Shown piece by piece: positions 16,835 to 24,298 of a stretch of 42,326 nucleotides of DNA. Below the pieces are notes generated by a model. It was given only the letters and a program-made list of their open reading frames with translations. It did no database searches and had not been told where the DNA came from. A program made the position numbers and the translations under genes. Numbering within the stretch: position 1 is the stretch's first letter; each line of letters begins with the position of its first letter. The DNA comes from Betaproteobacteria bacterium RIFCSPLOWO2_02_FULL_62_17 (GTDB lineage Bacteria; Pseudomonadota; Gammaproteobacteria; Burkholderiales; SG8-39), in NCBI GenBank assembly GCA_001770355.1, contig MEQV01000279.1:1-42326 (forward strand), in the 5' to 3' direction.

Positions 16835-17964
16835 GGCGCAATTTTGTCACTGAGCCGTTCTACAACACACGGGACCGCGTCGGGTCATGGGCTCCAACTA
16901 GAGTAATTTCGTATTCTGGAAGCAGAAATGCACTTGGACGGATTCTGCAAGAGGTTTCGCAAATAATCTTAGTAACCGATGAGGTCTTTCAGGAGGATGA
17001 GTTCGTATTAGCTCTAATGGCTAAGTTCAAAGCCAGAATCATGGCGAGTTTAAATATAGAACGTGAACCTCGCTTACTAGACGTGGAGAAAGCTACTATT
17101 GGTATAGCAAGCCCACACGATCTTGTTATCGCGATTGGTGGTGGGTCCGCAATAGACTATGCCAAAGTTCTCTCACTGAAATTGTCCAATATCGCGATTC
17201 CGCCCGATGAGAATACGAGAACCGGTATTCAGCCTATCATTGCCGTTCCAACAACTTGCGGCACCGGTTCGGAGACGTCACGACACGCTGTCATATACGA
17301 TCACCGCGGAAAGAAATTCGCAATTCGTCACTGGGACCTGTCTCCGGCGGTCGCGATCTTAGATACATATTTTTTGCAGACTGCGCCGACATACCTAATT
17401 GTGAAGACTGCTTTCGATGCTTTTGTGCACCACCTAGAAACCTTTTCACTTAAATGTGAGGCCAATCGCTTCACGCGATATATCGCTGTTTATTGGATGA
17501 ACACCATATTGCAGGCGGTTGAGCGCTTCATCACGCACGGGTACTCTGAAGGGTGCATTGCCAACTTGCAATTGGGTTCCGCCTATGGTGGTGTATCGCT
17601 TTCAAATAGTCGTACGGGGTTGATTCACACTCTTGGTGAGAGTATAGCCTCGCAGATTCCTGTGACCCATCCTGATTCGCTATTTCTTTTCTTTGAGCCG
17701 GTTTTCAGTACATATGGCGACTGGTTCGACGCTGAAATACGTGCGATGGGAGTAACGTCATTTACGTCACATGAAATTATCTGCAAATGGCAAGATAATT
17801 TTGCGCGCTGTGCCGCAAATGCACAAGCGGTGGATTGCTCGCTAGTGAATAGATATGAACTCGTTACAGCAGTTTGCAGTGACACAGTAATTTTCCGAGA
17901 GCACCCCGTTAGGCTAGATGGCGAGACTGTAACTCGTATAGTTGATAGTGCTTTGAAATACTAG
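16831..17964 (+). CDS. Iron-containing (group III) alcohol dehydrogenase family protein
   Basis: GGGSAIDYAK, PTTCGTGSETS, DAFVHHLE and GLIHTLG motifs. 4-nt overlap with the upstream gene. Confidence 0.7.
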   Translation: MRRNFVTEPFYNTRDRVGSWAPTRVISYSGSRNALGRILQEVSQIILVTDEVFQEDEFVLALMAKFKARIMASLNIEREPRLLDVEKATIGIASPHDLVIAIGGGSAIDYAKVLSLKLSNIAIPPDENTRTGIQPIIAVPTTCGTGSETSRHAVIYDHRGKKFAIRHWDLSPAVAILDTYFLQTAPTYLIVKTAFDAFVHHLETFSLKCEANRFTRYIAVYWMNTILQAVERFITHGYSEGCIANLQLGSAYGGVSLSNSRTGLIHTLGESIASQIPVTHPDSLFLFFEPVFSTYGDWFDAEIRAMGVTSFTSHEIICKWQDNFARCAANAQAVDCSLVNRYELVTAVCSDTVIFREHPVRLDGETVTRIVDSALKY

Positions 17965-17983
17965 AGACGGCAGGACTTCCAAA

Positions 17984-19111
17984 ATGAATAGCATTCTTCA
18001 CATTCCCACGCAGCTCGATTTTGGGATCGGATCTATCGCCAGATTTCGGTTACCCGCTGGACCCGTGCTCGTGCTCACTGGTAATTCACTAGACGATGAG
18101 ACGAGGGAATACGTAGTAAAGAGCTTGGCTACCGACAAGACTGACTTGATCCTGTTGAGAAAGCCGCGTGGAGAGCCATTTTCTGCGCAAATCGATTGCG
18201 TCTTCTCTGATCTTCCGCGTGAACTAGTTGCTGTTGTTGGTGTTGGTGGTGGGAGTGTCTTAGATTTTGCCAAGGCTGTGGCGATACTCGCTGGTTCTGG
18301 CGGCAAGATAATGGACTATGAGTTTGGAGCTCGCAAGATTGGAACTGTCCTTCCATTATATTTGGCACCTACCACCTGCGGTAGTGGTAGTGAGGTAACA
18401 CCATACTGTGTAATTAACAATAGTGAAACGGGACGAAAATCCACACTTAATCATCCAGCGCTTCGTCCTGTTCAGGCCGCAGTGGATCCTGAGTTTCTGC
18501 GCCATCTGCCAGGTCCAGTGCGCTTGTCCACTGGGCTTGATGCGTTTACTCATTGTCTAGAGGCCGTCCTTACGCGCGCCGAAACAAGGCTTATAAGACC
18601 GATAGCGGAAGCGGGGCTAGCTCTGGGATGGCAAAGGATTCCTCAGGCAACGCACCCCGAACAGAGCTCCGAGGCCTTAGTGGAAATGGCTCAATTATCG
18701 CTATATGGCGGAATTAGCATTGCGCACAGTCGTACCGGCTTAATCCATACGATGTCTGTTGCTTTTGCAGAGTTTTGCGATTTACCCCATGGCTTGCTTA
18801 ATGCGCGCCTTCTCCCATATGCATTGGCACACAACCTTTCTGGTTATGACGGATTGCTAAGAGCATTAGTTCAGCGCTTTAGTGGCAAGACAATAGACTC
18901 GGACGCAGATGCATTGAGGACGTTAACAGGCTGGCTTGCAAGCCTAATAGGAGCGGAGCCGCCCGCCCCAGGCCGGGAAATTCGCAAGCGGCTCAATGCG
19001 ATTGTACGGCGAATGCTCCAAGACAACGGGTTGCCGGGAGTGAGTCACGGAATAATCGACCATAAATCCTTGACATCCCTTATTGAGAGTGTTGCAGATG
19101 CGTCTAGATAA
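17984..19111 (+). CDS. Iron-containing (group III) alcohol dehydrogenase family protein (second, divergent paralogue)
   Basis: GVGGGSVLDFAKA, APTTCGSGSEVT, LDAFTHCLEA and GLIHTMS motifs. Confidence 0.75.
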   Translation: MNSILHIPTQLDFGIGSIARFRLPAGPVLVLTGNSLDDETREYVVKSLATDKTDLILLRKPRGEPFSAQIDCVFSDLPRELVAVVGVGGGSVLDFAKAVAILAGSGGKIMDYEFGARKIGTVLPLYLAPTTCGSGSEVTPYCVINNSETGRKSTLNHPALRPVQAAVDPEFLRHLPGPVRLSTGLDAFTHCLEAVLTRAETRLIRPIAEAGLALGWQRIPQATHPEQSSEALVEMAQLSLYGGISIAHSRTGLIHTMSVAFAEFCDLPHGLLNARLLPYALAHNLSGYDGLLRALVQRFSGKTIDSDADALRTLTGWLASLIGAEPPAPGREIRKRLNAIVRRMLQDNGLPGVSHGIIDHKSLTSLIESVADASR

Positions 19112-19610
19112 CCTGGGAAGGGAGCTTTTTGATCAACGGGCTAAGGCAGTGGAGTTTGCTGCTTTATTAGAACACCATTGTGATTGGATAACTTGTGTTC
19201 CTGACAGCATATTTAAGCGTGTACTGCCTGCACTTAAAGAGTGGCACTACGCGCCACGCGAAAATCATGCAGTTGCGATGGCTTTTGGCGTACGACTGGC
19301 GGGACGACGTCCTGCTGTCTTGATTCAGAACAGTGGGCTTGGCGTATGTCTGGATGCTTTGCTAGGAACCTTTATCCTCTATAAACAAGGATTGTTATTA
19401 GTGATTTCTCATCGCGGAGTTTTGAGTTGGGAAGAATCCCAGCATCATGATTGGGGAAGGATAACTACATCTTTGCTTTCATCGGTTGGTATTCCACAGA
19501 TTTCTTTTGACTCTGATGGTTTGACCGGACTTGTACGCGCGATCACGATGGCACAGGAGGACAACCAAGTTGTAGCGTTAGTCATTCAACGAGGCAACTT
19601 AGATGAATAG
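19098..19610 (+). CDS. ThDP-dependent decarboxylase, alpha (pyrimidine-binding) subunit, phosphonopyruvate/sulfopyruvate decarboxylase (ComD-like) family
   Basis: Taken from ATG 19098. CVPDSIFKRVL...RENHAVAMAFGVRLAGRRPAVLIQNSGLGVCLDALLGTF...LLVISHRG...EESQHH parallels the GVPDSLLK...NEGNAVA...MQNSGLGN...WRGEPG..DEPQH blocks of Ppd/ComD as I remember them. It overlaps the ADH stop by 14 nt. Confidence 0.7.
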   Translation: MRLDNLGRELFDQRAKAVEFAALLEHHCDWITCVPDSIFKRVLPALKEWHYAPRENHAVAMAFGVRLAGRRPAVLIQNSGLGVCLDALLGTFILYKQGLLLVISHRGVLSWEESQHHDWGRITTSLLSSVGIPQISFDSDGLTGLVRAITMAQEDNQVVALVIQRGNLDE

Positions 19611-20070
19611 ACGACCCACCGTGATCAAGAATATCCTTGACCAACATCCAGATGCATTTGTTGTCCTTAGTAATGGTCTAACTTCGCGTGAAGCGTCGCA
19701 TTTCTTTCGTCAGCAGCGCTGCCTCTATATGTTGCATGCAATGGGAGAATCGCTGGCAGTAGGTGTGGGATTGGCGAAAGCGTTGCCGCGACTTCAGGTC
19801 GTCGTAATCGAGGGCGATTACAATGCCCTGATGGGATTAGCGGCTTGGAGCTTGATGCCACTGTCGAATCTACGGTACTACGTCCTTGATAATCGCAGTT
19901 CCGAAACAACTGGCGGTCAGTCGGTGCCGCGCTTGCCATTCGTGCCAGCATGGTGCTCTGTCGTGCAGATGGCGTCTGGAAGATCAGATGCGCCTAATCC
20001 ACCGCCTCCAAGGGACATTTGGCACGAGTGTAGAGCTTGGTTGGTTTCCAACCGGTACTTGCAGGAGTAA
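19603..20070 (+). CDS. ThDP-dependent decarboxylase, beta (diphosphate-binding) subunit (ComE-like)
   Basis: NGLTSRE..., MGESLAVGVGLAKA, then a ThDP-binding motif variant GDYNALMGL...(27 residues)...VLDN followed by ETTGGQS. It overlaps the alpha subunit by 8 nt. At 155 aa it is short for the family. Confidence 0.65.
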   Translation: MNRRPTVIKNILDQHPDAFVVLSNGLTSREASHFFRQQRCLYMLHAMGESLAVGVGLAKALPRLQVVVIEGDYNALMGLAAWSLMPLSNLRYYVLDNRSSETTGGQSVPRLPFVPAWCSVVQMASGRSDAPNPPPPRDIWHECRAWLVSNRYLQE

Positions 20071-20078
20071 CTATAATT

Positions 20079-21146
20079 ATGATCCGGACAATTCTTCCGA
20101 CTGCAACAGGTGCCATAGAAATTGGCGATGCTCTACCAACTTATCTAATTGCAGAAATCGGTCTAAACCATACCGGTAATGAAGAGTTAGCGCGGACGAT
20201 GATCTATCAAGCAGCGCTTAGCGGGGCTAGCTTCGTCAAGTTCCAGAAACGTTCCCCCGTAGATCTTGCTACCGCTAATTTCCTTGATGCGCCATTCGCA
20301 AAATGTCCAGTATTAGGTCGTACCCAACGTGAGGTGCGCCATCGCTTGGAATTGTCACTGGAGGCATATCAGCGCCTAAGGTGTTATGCAGAAAGTTTGG
20401 GGCTAATCTTCTTTGCGTCGGCTTTTGACATACCGAGTCTCGACTTCCTTCTGCAGGCTGATGTGAAGATCGTAAAGATTGCTAGCCATAGTCTTACCAA
20501 TGGGCCGCTATTACGGAGACTAGCGCAATTAAGGCTACCGGTAATTGCCAGCGTTGGCGGCAGCACCAGTCACGAACAAGATATGGCGCTCGGCATACTA
20601 CGAGATAATCCCGTTGTACTGTTGCACTGTGTAAGTGCATACCCAACGCCTGATCATATGGTAGCGCTCGATACTATCGCGGCGTTAAGGGAAAGATATA
20701 AAATCCCGGTGGGCTTTTCTAGTCACGAGGTAGGAATAGATATCTCGGTCGCCGCATCAGTACTCGGAGCTTGCATGATTGAACGTCACTTTACGCTCAA
20801 TCGTGCGATGATTGGGTTGGATCAATCGATTAGCCTCGAACCAGCCGAATTCGCAGAAATGGCAATTAAAGTTCGGCGGCTACAAGCTGCGCGCGGCGTT
20901 TCCAAAGGTCTGCAAGATGGGGAAAAAGCGGCTAAGTACGCATATCATGTTGCGGTGTGTGCAAATCAACCAATTAGAGCGGGCACCGTCATAGCAGCGG
21001 AAATGCTGGTATGCAAACAACCATTGATTGATCCCATGCGATATTTTACCGGTCTTGAAGTTGAATCTGTCATAGGCTTGACCGCGAAGATCGATTTGGT
21101 GGGTGATACCGCAATTCCGCGAGATTCAGTTAGCGCATACAGATGA
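20079..21146 (+). CDS. NeuB-family nonulosonic acid synthase with C-terminal SAF domain (PseI/LegI/NeuB type)
   Basis: Taken from ATG 20079, with AGGAG just upstream. IAEIGLNHTGNEELARTMI...GASFVKFQKR... is the TIM-barrel part and the C-terminal ...VCANQPIRAGTVIAAEMLVCKQP is SAF-like. Which nonulosonate it makes cannot be told from sequence alone. Confidence 0.8.
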   Translation: MIRTILPTATGAIEIGDALPTYLIAEIGLNHTGNEELARTMIYQAALSGASFVKFQKRSPVDLATANFLDAPFAKCPVLGRTQREVRHRLELSLEAYQRLRCYAESLGLIFFASAFDIPSLDFLLQADVKIVKIASHSLTNGPLLRRLAQLRLPVIASVGGSTSHEQDMALGILRDNPVVLLHCVSAYPTPDHMVALDTIAALRERYKIPVGFSSHEVGIDISVAASVLGACMIERHFTLNRAMIGLDQSISLEPAEFAEMAIKVRRLQAARGVSKGLQDGEKAAKYAYHVAVCANQPIRAGTVIAAEMLVCKQPLIDPMRYFTGLEVESVIGLTAKIDLVGDTAIPRDSVSAYR

Positions 21147-21153
21147 AATCTCG

Positions 21154-22416
21154 ATGAAAGAATTGGCAATTCTTTTTGTTGGTGGAGGTATTGAAACGCT
21201 TCCTGGTATTCGACTTGCAAAGTCGTTTGGGCTTCATGTTCTAGTTTCCGATCGCAGACCAGATGCACCATGTATGGTGGAGGCTGACGCCGCGCTGATC
21301 GCTAATACCTACGATGTTGACGAAAGCATTGCTGTTGCGAAGCGTTATCACCGTGAAGTCCGACCAATTAACGGGGTAATGTGCATGGCAACGGATGTTC
21401 CATTGACTGTGGCGAGCATTGCGGCGGAACTTGGTCTTCCTGGAATCTCTGTCGATTCGGCCCGATTGGTCAGCGACAAGCTTCTGATGAAGGACCACTT
21501 AGTGGCAGCCGGTCTTCCGGTGCCTTGGTATGCGGCCGTTCGGAGCCTAGGGGAGCTGAGACAGATTGTCTCTGACCGCGGGTATCCGTTGGTGCTCAAA
21601 CCTGTCGATAGCCGTGGTGCGCGTGGAGTGCTGCGTCTCTTGGAAGGCATAGATTTAGATTGGGCTTTCTTCACCTCTAAGTCTTTCTCGCCCACTGAGC
21701 GAGTGATGGTGGAGGAGTTCTTGGGCGGACCGCAGATCAGCACGGAGTCCATAGCAGTTCAGGGCGAGGTATTTACCTTGGGGTTTTCCGACCGTAACTA
21801 CGAGTTTCTAGATCGCTACGCCCCCAATATTATCGAGAACGGTGGGGATCTGCCAAGCGTCTTACTGGCCGCAGACCAGAAAAGCATTTGTGACACATTG
21901 CATGATGCTGCAAGGAGCTTTGCAATTGTAAATGGTGTCGTTAAGGGGGATATGGTTCTCTCCGATGGAAAGCCCTTCATTATCGAGGTTGCGTTGCGCC
22001 CATCGGGTGGATATTTCTGTTCACATCAAATTCCCTTGAACACTGGTGTCGATTTGGTTGCTAAGGCGATTCGTCTAGCCCTCGGGCAGCCCATTGATCC
22101 AATAGAATTACGTCCTAGGTGTAATCGTGCGGTTTGCCAACGCTATTTCTTTCCAGAGCCAGGCTGGGTCGATGCGATTTATGTTCCTAATTGGATATCG
22201 CAAGATTCAGATATCGCTCTTTTCGAGTTAAGGGTGAGTCCGGGGGATGTGGTTCCAAAGCCAATAAGCCATCCCGCAAGAGCCGGGGTCGTAATTGCGA
22301 CTGGCAAAGACAGAGCGGATGCAAAGGAACGAGCGGAGCGCGCCATTCGTGAAACCGTGATTACTACTAGTTCAGATTCGATATCGAGTTCCTCAATCTC
22401 TTTGACCGCGAACTAG
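21154..22416 (+). CDS. ATP-grasp domain ligase
   Basis: Taken from ATG 21154. A pre-ATP-grasp Rossmann-like N-terminus (ILFVGGGIETLPGIRLAKSFGL), then ...DKLLMKDHLVAAGLPVPWY...YPLVLKPVDSRGARGV...VMVEEFLGGPQISTESI..., the typical ATP-grasp core. Confidence 0.7.
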   Translation: MKELAILFVGGGIETLPGIRLAKSFGLHVLVSDRRPDAPCMVEADAALIANTYDVDESIAVAKRYHREVRPINGVMCMATDVPLTVASIAAELGLPGISVDSARLVSDKLLMKDHLVAAGLPVPWYAAVRSLGELRQIVSDRGYPLVLKPVDSRGARGVLRLLEGIDLDWAFFTSKSFSPTERVMVEEFLGGPQISTESIAVQGEVFTLGFSDRNYEFLDRYAPNIIENGGDLPSVLLAADQKSICDTLHDAARSFAIVNGVVKGDMVLSDGKPFIIEVALRPSGGYFCSHQIPLNTGVDLVAKAIRLALGQPIDPIELRPRCNRAVCQRYFFPEPGWVDAIYVPNWISQDSDIALFELRVSPGDVVPKPISHPARAGVVIATGKDRADAKERAERAIRETVITTSSDSISSSSISLTAN

Positions 22417-22432
22417 AGAAGCAGCTCCACGA

Positions 22433-23284
22433 ATGGTCAAGTTTATCGCCGAGGTATCTAGTAATCACCATCGCGAGTTTCTTCGGGCACTCGCATTTGT
22501 CGATGCGGCCGCTCGTTCTGGGTGCGATGCCGTGAAGTTCCAGCTCTTCAAGATCGACCAATTGTTTTCCCCAGAAATCCTTGCGCGATCAGAGAAGCAC
22601 CGTAAACGCAAGGAATGGGAATTACCTTTGGAGTTTGTACCCAAACTGGCGCAACGGTGCCGCGAGTTGGGAATTGAATTCTCCTGCACACCATTCTATT
22701 TAAACGCAGTTTCGGAACTTGAACTCCACGTAGCATTTTTTAAGATCGCCTCCTATGAATTGCTCTGGGACGGGCTGCTGGCTGCGTGCGCGAGAACCGG
22801 GAAGCCAGTAATTCTCTCGACCGGTATGGCAACTATTGACGAGATTAAACACGCTGTTGAAGTGCTTCATATGCACGGATGCAGCGCTCCGACACTTCTT
22901 CACACTGTTTCGGCCTATCCTGCGCCTTGTGCTGAAGCTAACCTTGCTGCAATTGAGACTATTCGTCAGGTGACAGGTTGCGAGGCAGGTTGGTCCGATC
23001 ACACGGTGGAGCCCGCCGTGATCCACCGGGCGATTCATCGATGGGGCGCGAAGGTAATTGAATTTCATCTCGATCTGGATGGAAAAGGTGAAGAGTTTGA
23101 CGCGGGACACTGTTGGCTGCCAGATCAGATCGCCGCCGTAATTCAGGATGTGAAGAAGGGTTTTGAAGCAGACGGTAATGGCATCAAGGAACCCGTTTCC
23201 TCTGAGCTGTCTGATCGAATGTGGCGCGCGGACCCATCCGACGGGTTGCGGCCGCTGAAGGAGATTCGCGAGCAGTGGAATTGA
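22433..23284 (+). CDS. NeuB-like TIM-barrel protein lacking the SAF domain
   Basis: MVKFIAEVSSNHHREFLRALAFVDAAARSGCDAVKFQLFK...FKIASYEL...PVILSTGMATIDEI...LLHTVSAYPAP...GWSDHT. The NeuB-family barrel blocks are present, the protein is only 283 aa, and IAEVSSNHH stands in place of IAEIGxNHxG. Confidence 0.65.
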   Translation: MVKFIAEVSSNHHREFLRALAFVDAAARSGCDAVKFQLFKIDQLFSPEILARSEKHRKRKEWELPLEFVPKLAQRCRELGIEFSCTPFYLNAVSELELHVAFFKIASYELLWDGLLAACARTGKPVILSTGMATIDEIKHAVEVLHMHGCSAPTLLHTVSAYPAPCAEANLAAIETIRQVTGCEAGWSDHTVEPAVIHRAIHRWGAKVIEFHLDLDGKGEEFDAGHCWLPDQIAAVIQDVKKGFEADGNGIKEPVSSELSDRMWRADPSDGLRPLKEIREQWN

Positions 23285-23309
23285 TCGAATTGGGGTATAG
23301 CGATCTTGC

Positions 23310-24296
23310 ATGAATGCCCTGATTGTCTGCCATGCGGGCGCGGGGTTGGGTCTTGGGCATTTGACGCGGTCCCTTGTCGTAGCTCGTGCCTTACGTCAAG
23401 ACCTTGGCGCCCATGCACACCTTCTGATTCAGGGAGATCCGGTTCAGCGCGCCGATCTGGGTGAGTTTGAGCATCATTTTCTGGGAGTTGCGGAAAATCT
23501 GCTCTATGCAATCCGGCAGCAGGTCCAGCACGTCGATGCCCAAGTCGTGATTCTTGATTTGCATCCTCGCCTGGTGCCAGCGGATATCGGCGGGCTCTTG
23601 GAGGATTTGAGGCACGGTAAGTGCAAAGTCATCAGCGTAGATGGCCTCGTGAATCATCGCAGCAAATTGGATTTGGTCTTTATCCCGTCGTTTTGTTTTT
23701 CCCCACCGGAAGGCTTGATCGGGGCGGCGCCGATTCTGTCTGGATGGGACTGCTTTCTGCTGAATGTGAAGCGACCGCCGATGGAATGGCGACCCGGTGG
23801 GCGAGTTCTCGCCTTGACCGGGGGCAGCGATGCAACTGGCTTAGGCAAGACATTACCAACGCTACTGGACGAGGCGCTTCCCAGCGACACCGAGCTGCAC
23901 TGGGTTACGGGGCCTTTTGCACAAGGGCCGGTTTGGCCTGTTTTCCCTCGGCTGCGGATATCCAATCATCAATCCCCCTCTGATCTGAATGACCTGATGG
24001 CAGACGCCAACTATGCGGTCACAATTTATGGCGTAAGCTTTTTCGAATTGCTTCATTACGGCGTGCCGACTGTCGTGTTCTCGCCATACGATGGTAAAGA
24101 CGATGCAGAGCTGGCCATAATTGCGGCGCTGCGTGTTGCACTCGTGGCGACGGGTGAAACGGACGCCGTTGGCAAACTGAACAAATTGATGGCAGATCAT
24201 GAGTTGGCTGCCTCCCTGTCACGGCGCGCGAGACAGAGAATGTCGGTTCTGGGTAGGCGGAAATTCACGCAGGCGGTGGCGGAATTGTTACGCTAG
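23310..24296 (+). CDS. PseG/MurG-like GT-B fold protein (candidate UDP-sugar hydrolase or glycosyltransferase)
   Basis: The N-terminus MNALIVCHAGAGLGLGHLTRSLVVARAL resembles the RADASxxIGxGHxMRCLxLA start of PseG/SpsG. The C-terminal half has a GT28-like ...LTGGSDATGL...ADANYAVTIYGVSFFELLHYGVPTVV. The assignment is moderate only. Confidence 0.5.
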   Translation: MNALIVCHAGAGLGLGHLTRSLVVARALRQDLGAHAHLLIQGDPVQRADLGEFEHHFLGVAENLLYAIRQQVQHVDAQVVILDLHPRLVPADIGGLLEDLRHGKCKVISVDGLVNHRSKLDLVFIPSFCFSPPEGLIGAAPILSGWDCFLLNVKRPPMEWRPGGRVLALTGGSDATGLGKTLPTLLDEALPSDTELHWVTGPFAQGPVWPVFPRLRISNHQSPSDLNDLMADANYAVTIYGVSFFELLHYGVPTVVFSPYDGKDDAELAIIAALRVALVATGETDAVGKLNKLMADHELAASLSRRARQRMSVLGRRKFTQAVAELLR

Positions 24297-24298
24297 TC

